Of a stretch of 64,000 nt of DNA, positions 40,322 through 50,150 are shown piece after piece. The stretch is from an uncultured Solirubrobacteraceae bacterium (GTDB lineage Bacteria; Actinomycetota; Thermoleophilia; Solirubrobacterales; Solirubrobacteraceae): assembly GCA_963722815.1 (NCBI GenBank), contig CAVROM010000008.1, positions 21,235 through 85,234 of the forward strand. Direction: 5' to 3'. The notes under the pieces are model-generated. The model was given only the letters and a program-made list of their open reading frames with translations, did no database searches and was not told where the DNA came from. The first letter of the stretch is position 1; each line of letters opens with the position of its first letter. The position numbers were made by a program, and so were the translations under genes.

Positions 40322-41389
40322 ATGACGGAGCTGCTGGTCGGCACGAGGAAAGGCCTGTTCGTGCTCGAGGGGGAGCCGGGCTCGGCGTTCGCGGTGACAG
40401 GCCGGGCGTTCGCGGGCGACCCTGTCGAGTACGCATGCCGCGACCCGCGCTCGGGGCGTGTGCTCGCGTCGGTCACCTCGCCCTTCTACGGGCCCAAGAT
40501 CTTCTACACCGACGACCTCGCGGGGGAGTGGCAGGAGGCGTCCGGCGTCAAGCTGCCCGCTCGCGACGACGCGCTCGTGCGGATCTGGGTGATCGTGACC
40601 GCCGAGGCCGACGGCGTCGTGTACGCCGGCGGCGATCCGGGCGTGCTGTTCGAGAGCCGCGACGGCGGCGCGAGCTGGGAGCTCAACCGCGCGCTCTGGA
40701 AGCACCCCACCCGGCCGAAGTGGCAGCCCGGCGCCGGCGGGCTCTGCCTGCACTCGATCGTGACGTGGCCCGGCGAGCCCGACCGGCTCGCCGTGGGCAT
40801 CTCGGCCGCGGGCGTGTGGCTGACCGACGACGCCGGCGCCACGTGGCGCAAGGGCAACACGGGCCTCGTCCCGCGCTATCTCCCCGAAGGCGTGCCGGAG
40901 GACGAGATCGGTCTGTGCGTGCACCGGCTGCAGCGCGCGCCGACGCGGCCGGAACGGATCTTCATGCAGTTCCACGGCGGCGTCTATCGCTCCGACGACG
41001 CGGGCGAGTCGTGGCAGGACATCGCGGCCGGCCTGCCGTCGGACTTCGGCTTCCCGCTCGCGATCGACCCCGCCGACGCGGACAGCGCATACGTGATCCC
41101 GCTCAATGCGGACACCGATCGCGTCACGCCCGAGGGGCGTGTGCGCGTGTACGAGACGCGCGACGCGGGCGCGAGCTGGACCCCGCGCGGCGATGGCCTC
41201 CCGGCGGGCGACGCCTACCTCACGATCCTTCGCGAGGCGTTCGACTGGGTCGGTGAGGGGGCCGGGCTCGAGCTCTACTTCGGCGCGACGTCGGGGAGGG
41301 TCTTCGGGTCGGGCGACGCGGGGGCGAGCTGGTTCGACGTGGCGGCGAACCTCCCGCCCGTCCACTCGATCGCCGTCTCGCGGACCTAA
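40322..41389 (+). CDS. BNR/Asp-box repeat beta-propeller protein (sialidase-fold, no signal peptide)
   Basis: Five SxDxGxxW Asp-boxes are present: SRDGGASW, TDDAGATW, SDDAGESW, TRDAGASW and SGDAGASW. Confidence 0.8.
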   Translation: MTELLVGTRKGLFVLEGEPGSAFAVTGRAFAGDPVEYACRDPRSGRVLASVTSPFYGPKIFYTDDLAGEWQEASGVKLPARDDALVRIWVIVTAEADGVVYAGGDPGVLFESRDGGASWELNRALWKHPTRPKWQPGAGGLCLHSIVTWPGEPDRLAVGISAAGVWLTDDAGATWRKGNTGLVPRYLPEGVPEDEIGLCVHRLQRAPTRPERIFMQFHGGVYRSDDAGESWQDIAAGLPSDFGFPLAIDPADADSAYVIPLNADTDRVTPEGRVRVYETRDAGASWTPRGDGLPAGDAYLTILREAFDWVGEGAGLELYFGATSGRVFGSGDAGASWFDVAANLPPVHSIAVSRT

Positions 41390-42081
41390 GGCTGGTCGAC
41401 CGGGATCTCGACGATGAGGGTGGTTCCGCCGCCCAGGGGTGAGTCGAGCTCGAGGTGACCGTCGAGCGCGTCGACGCGGTCGCGAAGACCGCGGAGGCCG
41501 CTGCCCATCGAGAGGTCCGCGCCGCCGATGCCGTTGTCGCGGATCTCCAGGCGGAGCTGGTCGTCGTCGACCGAGAGGCACACGGACGCCTCGGTGGCGT
41601 GGGCGTACTTCGCCACGTTCGTCAGCGCCTCGGCGGTGACGAAGTACGCGCACGCCTCGACCGGGCGGCACAGCCGGTCGTCGGGCACGCCGCTGACCTC
41701 GACCGGCACGGGAGCGCGTGTGGCGAGCGCCTCGAGCGCCGCGCCCAGGCCACGGTCGTTGAGCAGCGCCGGGTGGATGCCGCGGGCCAGCTCGCGCAGC
41801 TCGTCGATGGCGAACTGCGCCTCCTCGCGCGCCTGCGCCACCAGCTTGGCCGCGCCGGTGGGATCGCTCTCGATCCGCGATTCGGCGAGGCGGAGGGTCA
41901 GGGTGACGGCGACCAGCCGCTGCTGGGCGCCGTCGTGGAGGTCACGCTCGATGCGGCGGCGCTCCTCATCGGCGGCGGCGAGGATGCGCTGCCGAGCGTC
42001 GCGCAGGTCGTCGACCCGCGTGCGCAGCTCACGCGCGCGCCGCGCCTCGGGGGGCTCGCCGGGGAAGCGGATCTGGGCCAT
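41386..42081 (-). CDS. minimal soluble histidine kinase (HisKA_3 DHp plus HATPase_c only)
   Basis: The H-box ERRRIERDLHDGAQQRL is present, as are the N, G1 and G2 boxes (EALTNVAKYA, DNGIGG, GLRGLRDRV). There is no sensor or TM region and no adjacent response regulator. Confidence 0.8.
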   Translation of the reverse strand: MAQIRFPGEPPEARRARELRTRVDDLRDARQRILAAADEERRRIERDLHDGAQQRLVAVTLTLRLAESRIESDPTGAAKLVAQAREEAQFAIDELRELARGIHPALLNDRGLGAALEALATRAPVPVEVSGVPDDRLCRPVEACAYFVTAEALTNVAKYAHATEASVCLSVDDDQLRLEIRDNGIGGADLSMGSGLRGLRDRVDALDGHLELDSPLGGGTTLIVEIPVDQP

Positions 42082-42130
42082 CGAGTGGAGGCTACCGGCG
42101 CGTCCTGATCCACCGGAGAGCTGCCTACCA

Positions 42131-42163
42131 CCCCGCTAGGCAGCAAGCTGCCTGGCTTGGCGC

Positions 42164-42168
<5 letters not shown>
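42131..42168 (-). repeat. 38-nt intergenic repeat, copy B (minus strand GCTAGGCGCCAAGCCAGGCAGCTTGCTGCCTAGCGGGG)
   Basis: Identical to copy A (22752..22789) at 37 of 38 positions. Positions 3-5 are the TAG stop of the collagen-like gene. Confidence 0.75.
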
Positions 42169-43384
<1,216 letters not shown>

Positions 43385-43424
43385 GCGCCGACGCTCCCAG
43401 ATCCGGGTGGGTGAAGTCAAGCCG

Positions 43425-44060
43425 CTACGGGCCGAGCCGGAACGGCGGGTACTTGTCGGTGGCCATGACCACCGCGTAGCCGAAGACCCGGTTCTGCCAC
43501 CGCGTCACGCCCTCGACGAAACCGAACAGCCCACGCGGGTAGCGGCCGGTGAAGAGGATCGCGAACCACGCCGCGACCACCGCGAAGAACGCCCCGATGT
43601 AGAGGAAGCCCAGCAGGATCCAGTGCGGGATGGCGAGCAGCCACTTCACCAGCGGCAGCCAGCGGTTGAGGTCGCGCTCCGCGTCGGGATAGGCGATGTC
43701 GAGGCTCACCCACTGGTGCTCGTCGGTCGACGGATAGCGGTCGCTCATCAGCGCGACGTACGTGCCGACGCGGTTGCTGAACCGCATGAGCTCGAGGTTC
43801 CACTCGAACCACCAGCGCGGGTACTTCTGGCGGAACAGGATCATCAGCAGCGGCGGCAGGAAGAGCAGGCCGGTGCCGCCGATCACGATTGTGGCGCTGG
43901 TTTGCGCGTCGCCGTGGTAGCCGCTGCTCTGGTAGCCGCCGATGCTGCTCAGCACGATCGCGATCGGGATGACCGTGAAGATGCGGAAGAACGTCGTCAG
44001 ACGGTTGAGGTCGCGGTCCGGATACTCCACGTCGAACCGCACGGGATACTCGTCGTGCAC
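43425..44060 (-). CDS. DUF4389-like integral membrane protein
   Basis: GTG 44060 lies 8 nt after AAAGGGG. An alternative GTG is at 44129. Segments [33 protein letters not shown] and ..[27 protein letters not shown] are present. The family assignment is from memory. Confidence 0.68.
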   Translation of the reverse strand: MHDEYPVRFDVEYPDRDLNRLTTFFRIFTVIPIAIVLSSIGGYQSSGYHGDAQTSATIVIGGTGLLFLPPLLMILFRQKYPRWWFEWNLELMRFSNRVGTYVALMSDRYPSTDEHQWVSLDIAYPDAERDLNRWLPLVKWLLAIPHWILLGFLYIGAFFAVVAAWFAILFTGRYPRGLFGFVEGVTRWQNRVFGYAVVMATDKYPPFRLGP

Positions 44061-44118
44061 GCGTTCAGCCCCTTTTACTAGTGGGTGGTTCGTGACGTCG
44101 AGCCGACCGTACCTCAGC

Positions 44119-45048
44119 TCACGGCGCACAGGGGTTCGGGTAGCCGAGGCTCTTCTCCGTCAGCTCGTGCGCGCCGTCGGAGCACTTCGCGCCCGGATGC
44201 CGGTCGAGCGCGAGCCGCCGCTCGGTCTTCTGGTTGAGGCCGACCCGCTCATAGACGCTGTAGCGAGTCAGGGCCACGACCTTCGGCCCGGCGGCCATCG
44301 TGAGCGTGAGGCGCTGCGTGAGCGGGAGGTAGGTCTTCGCGTCCACGGCGATCTCGACCTCGGCCTGGTCCTTGTCCACCGGGACCTTGCCCGAGACGAG
44401 CCGGTAGGCGCGCTTGCCGTCGACCGTGGTCGTGCCGGCCGCGCGCAGCTTGCCCTGCTTCTCGAGCGCCTGCAGGCGCGCGCCGGGATCCGTGAGGGGA
44501 TCCAGGAACGGCACGCCGCCGCCGTTGACGAATCCGCTCTCCTCGATCGTGTTCGAGGAGGGGTCCCAGCGGAGCGCGACGCCGCTCGAGCCGCCGGGGC
44601 GTCGGCGGCCGGCGAACTCCTCGGCCAGCCGGCGCTTTCCGCCGCGCGTCGTGAACGCCTTGCGGTGCAGGCGGCCGTCGTGCGTGTACCAGGACTCCGA
44701 GTCGATCTCGGCGGGCTGGCCCGGGCCGCGGACGGTCATGCGCTCGACGACGTGGAACACGCCGCCGCGGGTCACCGCCGCCACCGCCCGGTCGACCACG
44801 GACGGTCCCGGTGCCTCGGAGCCGAGCAGGTTGATCGCGATGAACACCGCCAGCGCGACGCAGGCAGCGCCGGCCAGCGCCAGCGCGCGGGGTCGCACCC
44901 GCGAGCGCCGCGGCTCGGTCACGGGGGTTGCGAGCAGCCGCGCGAGCATCGCGTCGGCCTCACGCTGGGCCTCGGGGGTCAGCGGCTCGCGGTCACGCAC
45001 GGGATCGGCGGCGGCGAGGCGCTCCATCAGTTCGTCGTGCCCGCGCAT
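44119..45048 (-). CDS. putative anti-sigma factor: short cytoplasmic N-terminus, one TM helix, LolA/MucB-like extracytoplasmic domain
   Basis: ATG 45048 overlaps the sigma stop (ATGA). The TM helix is ALALAGAACVALAVFIAINLL. The position directly downstream of an ECF sigma supports the call. Confidence 0.65.
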   Translation of the reverse strand: MRGHDELMERLAAADPVRDREPLTPEAQREADAMLARLLATPVTEPRRSRVRPRALALAGAACVALAVFIAINLLGSEAPGPSVVDRAVAAVTRGGVFHVVERMTVRGPGQPAEIDSESWYTHDGRLHRKAFTTRGGKRRLAEEFAGRRRPGGSSGVALRWDPSSNTIEESGFVNGGGVPFLDPLTDPGARLQALEKQGKLRAAGTTTVDGKRAYRLVSGKVPVDKDQAEVEIAVDAKTYLPLTQRLTLTMAAGPKVVALTRYSVYERVGLNQKTERRLALDRHPGAKCSDGAHELTEKSLGYPNPCAP

Positions 45049-45599
45049 CAGCACACCTCCAGCGACTTCGAGTTGACCGCCGGGACAACCGGCGACTCCA
45101 AAAGGTCCAATTGCGCGGCGAGCCGGCCGCGCGCCCGGTGCAGCCGGACGGCGAAGGCGGCGCTCGTGCACCCGGCGGCCCGAGCCGCCCGTGCGCCCGA
45201 CAGCTCGTGCCAGGCGACGAGCATCAGCGCCTCGCGATCACGCTCCGAGAGCCGGGCGAGCGCCGTGCACAGGACCTCGCCCTCGCCCGCGCGCTCGCCG
45301 GGATCGCCCGCGACCGCGTTCGTCGCCGTGCCGGCGAGCTTCCGCTCCAGGGCGGAGCCGCGATCGGCCGAGCGGCGCTGGTTGGCCAGCACCCGGCGCG
45401 CGACACCGTAGAGCCACGGGAGGGGGTCGTCGGGCACGTCGTCGAGCCGGCGCCAGGCCACCAGAAACGTCTCGGACACCACGTCTTGCGCGAGATCGCC
45501 GGGGGCGCGACGGAGCGCGTAGCCGCGAACGGCGCGGTAGTGCTCACGAAACAGCTCCTCGAACCGGTCCTCGGGGGTGCGTTCCACGATCTCGCTCAT
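45048..45599 (-). CDS. ECF-type RNA polymerase sigma factor
   Basis: ATG 45599. Sigma-2 (FEELFREHYRAVRGYALRR..DVVSETFLVAWRR) and sigma-4 (LSERDREALMLVAWHELSGARAARAAGCTSAAFAVRLHRAR) regions are present. Confidence 0.88.
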   Translation of the reverse strand: MSEIVERTPEDRFEELFREHYRAVRGYALRRAPGDLAQDVVSETFLVAWRRLDDVPDDPLPWLYGVARRVLANQRRSADRGSALERKLAGTATNAVAGDPGERAGEGEVLCTALARLSERDREALMLVAWHELSGARAARAAGCTSAAFAVRLHRARGRLAAQLDLLESPVVPAVNSKSLEVC

Positions 45600-45670
45600 G
45601 CCGGCTACATGTCCGGCAGCCGGCGAGGGATTACAGGTCGATCCGACTGTACGCCTGAAGCGGCGCGCGA

Positions 45671-46617
45671 CTACGCGTCGAACCCCTGCGTCCTCCCAGT
45701 CGCAGGCCTGCCGGCCAGCTCGAGCGCGACCGCGCCGATCACCAACGCCCCTCCGGCGAACGCGCCGCCCCAGAGCGGCTCGTCGAGCACGGTCGCGCCC
45801 ATCACGGCGCCGACGAGCGGCGTGACGTAGGCGTAGGTGCTGACCAGCGGCGCCGGCGCACGGGCCAGCAGGCGCGTGTAGAGCATGAAGCCGACGAGCG
45901 AGTCGAAGAGGAGCAGAAACGCCGCCGCGCCGGCGGATGTCACGCTGACGTCCGACCACCGAGCCGGATTCAGCTCGCCGAGCGACACTGCGAGCAGCAC
46001 CAACACCGTGCCGCCGGCGAGCAACTGGACCGCGTTGGCGACGCCGCGATCGGCCGATGGGTCGGCGTGCGCGGTCAGCAGGCTCCCGGCGGCCCACAGG
46101 ATCGGCGCGAGGCAGAACGCCGCGACGGCCCACGGCGCGCCGCCGATCGCGTTGTGCGGCGCCGTCAGCACCACGATCGCGATCCCCCGAACCCTGCCGC
46201 GAGACGTCCTCGCGACGCGACCGACACAGGGGCGCCGGTCAATCCGCTCAGGAGCACGACCCACAGGGGGATCGTCGCCGCAAGGATCGCCCCCAGGCTG
46301 GCGGTCACCTTGGTCAGCGCCACCATCGCGAGCCCTTGCCCACCCACCAGCAGCAACACGCCGGCGACCGCCAGGTGGCGCAGCTGCGCATGCGTGGGCG
46401 CGGGCCGCCGTCGCGCTGCCACAGCGAGCACGAGCCCGGCAGCCAGGAAGACCAGCGCCGCCCCGCCGAGCGGCGGCACCGTCTCGACCATCAGCTTCAT
46501 GGCCGGAATCGCCGAGCCCCAGCACGCATAGAGCGCGAGCAGCAGGAGCGGCGTGCGGTCGGCTCGCCGGGTGCGGCCACGGAAGGCGGTGGGGGTCGTC
46601 GCGCTGATGAGACCCAT
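45671..46617 (-). pseudogene. EamA/DMT family transporter, one frame change
   Basis: ORF 46165..46617 (LLLALYACWGSAIPAMK..) and the tail of ORF 45671..46642 (..IAIVVLTAPHNAIGGAPWAVAAFCLAPILWAAGSL..) together form a 10-TM DMT protein. The shift is at about 46185, in a ggggg run. Confidence 0.8.
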
Positions 46618-46708
46618 GGTGGGCCTGAGAGGGCGGCGTCACATCGGGCAGATTGCGCCTGCCCAGGCGCCGCCGGCCTTAGTTGCGCGCGGGCAGCGCT
46701 CACGGCGA

Positions 46709-46801
46709 CGGAGCGGCGAAGGAATCGAACCTTCCAACCGCCGGGCTACGACGGCCTGCCGGTTTTGAAGACCGGATGGGCCACCAGGCCCGTGCCGCTC
46801 C
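46709..46801 (-). tRNA. selC: tRNA-Sec (anticodon UCA)
   Basis: The minus strand reads GGAGCGGC-AC-GGGCC-TGGT-GGCCC-AT-CCGGT-CTTCAAA-ACCGG-(24-nt variable arm)-GAAGG-TTCGATT-CCTTC-GCCGCTCC-G. It has an 8-bp acceptor stem, a 5-bp T stem, a long variable arm, the anticodon loop CUUCAAA as in E. coli selC, and discriminator G. No CCA is encoded. Confidence 0.85.
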
Positions 46802-46824
46802 GCCGCGCAGGCTAGAGGCCCGCT

Positions 46825-47241
46825 CTACGAGCGCCAGCGCAGGAACGCCACGGCGAGGACGTACACGAGCCCGCCGATTGCGCCGAGTTGCGTGTACGGG
46901 CTGCCGTCCTTGCCCTGCGCGATCTCGACCAGCCAGGCGCCGATGATCACGAGGATGAGGAAGCCGCCGGTCAGCGCGGTGGCGTGGATGTCGATCCGCT
47001 CCCAGCGCTCGTCGCGGCCGGGGCCCGCGAGGCCGGCCAGCGTCTCCGAGCGGCGGCCGCCGAAGTAGAAGACGGCACCGATGAGCAGGAGCATGCCGGC
47101 GGACACGGCGCCGCTGCCGGTGTCGCCGCCGATCGCGAACGCGGCGAACATCACCGCCGCGAGGAGGACGCAGAAGGCGGGCATGAACCAGCGGGTCCGG
47201 TAGAGGCGGTTCATGGCGCTATCGGGGTTGTTCGTCGACAT
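46825..47241 (-). CDS. hypothetical 4-TM membrane protein, co-transcribed with the XRE regulator
   Basis: 138-aa ORF that overlaps the upstream HTH gene by 23 nt. It is hydrophobic throughout. Confidence 0.6.
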   Translation of the reverse strand: MSTNNPDSAMNRLYRTRWFMPAFCVLLAAVMFAAFAIGGDTGSGAVSAGMLLLIGAVFYFGGRRSETLAGLAGPGRDERWERIDIHATALTGGFLILVIIGAWLVEIAQGKDGSPYTQLGAIGGLVYVLAVAFLRWRS

Positions 47242-47422
47242 GGAAGATCTCCTCTACGTACGTGCCGAAGTAGCGGGCGAGCGCGATGGCGAGCGGCAGC
47301 GAGGGCGTGTAGCGCTCCTTCTCGATCGAGTTGATCGTCTGACGGGAGACGGCCATCGCCTCGCCGAGCTGCTGCTGGGAGAGGCCGCGCTCGGTCCGCA
47401 GCTGCTTGACGCGGTTGTTCAT
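47219..47422 (-). CDS. XRE/Cro-C1 family helix-turn-helix transcriptional regulator (67 aa)
   Basis: NRVKQLRTERGLSQQQLGEAMAVSRQTINSIEKERYTPSLPLAIALARYF is a canonical HTH_3 sequence. Confidence 0.88.
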   Translation of the reverse strand: MNNRVKQLRTERGLSQQQLGEAMAVSRQTINSIEKERYTPSLPLAIALARYFGTYVEEIFHVDEQPR

Positions 47423-47429
47423 CGGGGCT

Positions 47430-47451
47430 GATGTAAAGGTAGCTTTACATC
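47430..47451. promoter_or_regulatory. perfect inverted repeat GATGTAAAG-GTAG-CTTTACATC, candidate operator of the XRE regulator
   Basis: 9-bp arms in an AT-rich patch, 8 nt upstream of the XRE start codon. Confidence 0.5.
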
Positions 47452-47512
47452 ACCGAGATGTCAAGCGAGCTTTCCATTGCACCCGCTCCGGGGTTGGGGT
47501 TAGCGTCGCCGC

Positions 47513-48322
47513 ATGGCTACTTCCGATGAGTTGCGCGGCCGGGCTCGCGCCACCTGGGCGGCAGGGGACTGGGACCGCTTCGCGCGGCTGATCGCCCCCG
47601 TCGGCGAGCGCGTGCTCGAGCGCGCCGAGCTGGAGCCGGGCATGGACCTCCTCGACGTCGGCACGGGCAGCGGGGGCAACATCGCGATCCCGGCCGCGCT
47701 CGGCGGCGCGAAGGTCGTCGGGCTGGACGTGACGCCGGAGCTGTTCGAGCACGCGCGCCGGCACGCCGCCGACGCGGGCGTCGAGGTCGAGTGGGTGGAG
47801 GGCGACGCGCAGCAGCTCCAGCTCCCCGACGCGAGCTTCGACCGCGTGATCTCCACCTTCGGCGCGATGTTCGCGCCCGACCACGCGGGCGCCGCCGCCG
47901 AGCTCGTGCGGGTCTGCCGACCCGGCGGGCGCGTGCTGATGACCACCTGGATCAACGACGGCTTCGTCGCCGAGATGTTCAAGCTCACCGGCGCGTTCCT
48001 GCCGCCCCCGCCGTCCGGCGTGGAGCCGCCGCCGCTGTGGGGGGTCGAGGCGCACGCGCGCGAGATGTTCACCGCGGCGGGCGTGTCGCCGGAGATCAGT
48101 CGCGAGCGCGTCGTGTTCCGCTTCGACTCGGTCGCGGACGCGGTCAGCGAGTACGCGGAGCACTTCGGGCCGTTCGTGATGGCCCGGAGCGTGCTCGAGC
48201 CTCAGGGGCGGTGGGAGGAGTTCGTCACCGCGTTCCGGGATCTGGTGGCGCGCCTCAACCCCGCCGAGGACGGCGGCGCCGAGATCGAGTCCGAGTACTT
48301 CCTGATCATGGCCGACTGCTAG
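47513..48322 (+). CDS. class I SAM-dependent methyltransferase
   Basis: The SAM motif LLDVGTGSGGN is present, along with a Methyltransf_11-like core (FDRVISTFGAMF, PGGRVLM). Confidence 0.85.
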   Translation: MATSDELRGRARATWAAGDWDRFARLIAPVGERVLERAELEPGMDLLDVGTGSGGNIAIPAALGGAKVVGLDVTPELFEHARRHAADAGVEVEWVEGDAQQLQLPDASFDRVISTFGAMFAPDHAGAAAELVRVCRPGGRVLMTTWINDGFVAEMFKLTGAFLPPPPSGVEPPPLWGVEAHAREMFTAAGVSPEISRERVVFRFDSVADAVSEYAEHFGPFVMARSVLEPQGRWEEFVTAFRDLVARLNPAEDGGAEIESEYFLIMADC

Positions 48323-49173
48323 GAAAGGCCGTGCTCGAGCGCGCCCTTGACGGTCGCGTCGAGCGCGTTCAACCGGTACAGCGCGAGCGCCTCGGGTGAG
48401 CCGAAGCGGCCGCCCGGGGCGGCGGCCGCCCCGTGGTGGGTCAGCACGCAGTGGGCGAGCGCGAGCCGTCGCGGCTCGTCCATCCCCGCGGAGCGCTCGT
48501 CGACCATACGCTGGCCCAGCACGACGTGGCCGAGGAGGCGGCCCTCCTCCGACAGCCCGATCTCGGCGCCGTAGGTGAACTCGCGCGTCTTGCCGAGGTC
48601 GTGCACGAGCGCCGCCGTCAGTAGCAGGTCGGAGTTCAGCCGCGGGTGCAGCACGCAGGTCTCGACCACGAGCGTCCCCACCGCCACCGTGTGCTCGAGC
48701 AGGCCGCCGAGGTAGGCGTGGTGGCCGCCGCGCGTGCACGGGGCGCGGCGCCACTCGGCCCGCAGGGCGTCGTCGGCGAGCAGCCGCTCCAGCAGCCCCG
48801 CGTACGCCGGATCGTGAACCTCGCGCGCCAGGTGCTCGAGGAAGCCGTCCAGCTCGTCGACGTTGCGGTAAGCGACGGGCAGGAACTCGGCGGGGTCGGC
48901 CTCCTCGGCGCGGGCGATCTCGAGCACCTCGACCTGCAGCTCGTCGCGGAAGCGTTCCACGCGCCCGCGCACGCGCACGAGCTCGCCGCGGTCGAAGCGG
49001 CCGGCCAGCACGTCGGCGTCCTTGAACGCGCGGCCGGGCAGCGCGCCGGTGCGATCGCGCAGCTCGAGCGCGAGGTAGGGCGTGCCGGTCCGGGCGAGCA
49101 GCCGGTCCTTGCGCGTGCACGCGTAGACGCCGGCGACCTCGTCACCCGGTCGCAGTGAGGTGATCGCGGCCAC
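48319..49173 (-). CDS. OB-fold plus HD-domain 3'-5' exoribonuclease (YhaM-like)
   Basis: GTG 49173. The N-terminal OB region is DEVAGVYACTRKDRLLARTGTPYLALELRDRTG. The HD motifs are HHAYLGGLLEHT and LVHDLGK. Confidence 0.8.
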   Translation of the reverse strand: MAAITSLRPGDEVAGVYACTRKDRLLARTGTPYLALELRDRTGALPGRAFKDADVLAGRFDRGELVRVRGRVERFRDELQVEVLEIARAEEADPAEFLPVAYRNVDELDGFLEHLAREVHDPAYAGLLERLLADDALRAEWRRAPCTRGGHHAYLGGLLEHTVAVGTLVVETCVLHPRLNSDLLLTAALVHDLGKTREFTYGAEIGLSEEGRLLGHVVLGQRMVDERSAGMDEPRRLALAHCVLTHHGAAAAPGGRFGSPEALALYRLNALDATVKGALEHGLS

Positions 49174-49222
49174 GGCCAGATACTGGCCGGACCGCCGGAC
49201 GCGACGCGCTACCGTGAATGCG

Positions 49223-50098
49223 ATGCAGCCCCTTCGCTGGGAGCGCCGCCCAGACGGCCTCAGGGCACCGGCTCTCGTGTGCGCGTTCAAGGGCTGGAAC
49301 GACGCCGGGGAGTCCGCCACCGCCGCCCTCTCCTTCCTCGGCACCGCGCTCGACGCAACCCGCTTCGCGACGATCGACCCCGAGGACTTCGTCGACTTCC
49401 AGTCGACGCGCCCGACGGTCCGCCTGCGCGGCGGGCTGACGCGCCACATCGACTGGCCCGAGTTCGAGATCTACGAGGCCCGCATCCCGCGCGCGCCGCG
49501 CGACCTGATCCTGCTCTCCGGCCCGGAGCCCGCGATCCGCTGGCGCACGTTCTGCGAGCAGGTCATCGACCTCTCCGAGGCGCTCGGCGTGCAGATGGTC
49601 ACCTCGCTCGGCGCGCTGCTGGCCGACGTGCCGCACTCGCGGCCGGTATCGGTGACCGGGATCGCCAGCGACGAGTCGCTCGTCGATCGGCTCGGCCTCA
49701 ACGCGTCGCAGTACGAGGGCCCGACCGGCATCGTCGGCGTCCTGCAGGCCGCCGCCACCGACGCGGGGATTCCGGCCGCGTCGCTGTGGGCCGCCGTCCC
49801 GCACTATGTCGCGGTCGTGCCGAACCCGAAGGGCGCGCTGGCGCTGCTGCGCAAGCTCGAGACGCTGGTGGGCGTCACCGTCGACGCCACCGAGCTCGAG
49901 TCCAGCGCGGTCGACTACGAGCGCCAGGTCTCCCGCGCCGTCGAGATGGATCCGGACGTGCAGGCCTTTGTCGAGCGGCTCGAGCGCGCCGCCGACGAGG
50001 AGGAGGCGACGCCGGACCCCGGCGAGCTCCCCTCCGGCGACCTGCTCGCCCGCGAGTTCCAGCGCTTCCTGCGCCAGCGCGGCGCCGACCAGCCTTAA
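49223..50098 (+). CDS. PAC2 (proteasome assembly chaperone 2-like) family protein
   Basis: ALVCAFKGWNDAGESA and EGPTGIVGVLQ are typical segments of actinobacterial PAC2 proteins. Confidence 0.85.
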   Translation: MQPLRWERRPDGLRAPALVCAFKGWNDAGESATAALSFLGTALDATRFATIDPEDFVDFQSTRPTVRLRGGLTRHIDWPEFEIYEARIPRAPRDLILLSGPEPAIRWRTFCEQVIDLSEALGVQMVTSLGALLADVPHSRPVSVTGIASDESLVDRLGLNASQYEGPTGIVGVLQAAATDAGIPAASLWAAVPHYVAVVPNPKGALALLRKLETLVGVTVDATELESSAVDYERQVSRAVEMDPDVQAFVERLERAADEEEATPDPGELPSGDLLAREFQRFLRQRGADQP

Positions 50099-50150
50099 CT
50101 GGGGCTACCCCCCGTTCGCCGCGCGCTGAGGCGCGCTTGAATGCCGCGCG

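Noticed and set aside
46620-47512. Genomic island or prophage integration at tRNA-Sec.
   Set aside because: There is no integrase, no direct repeat of the tRNA 3' end, and no phage or transposase genes on either side. Only an XRE and membrane-protein pair is present.
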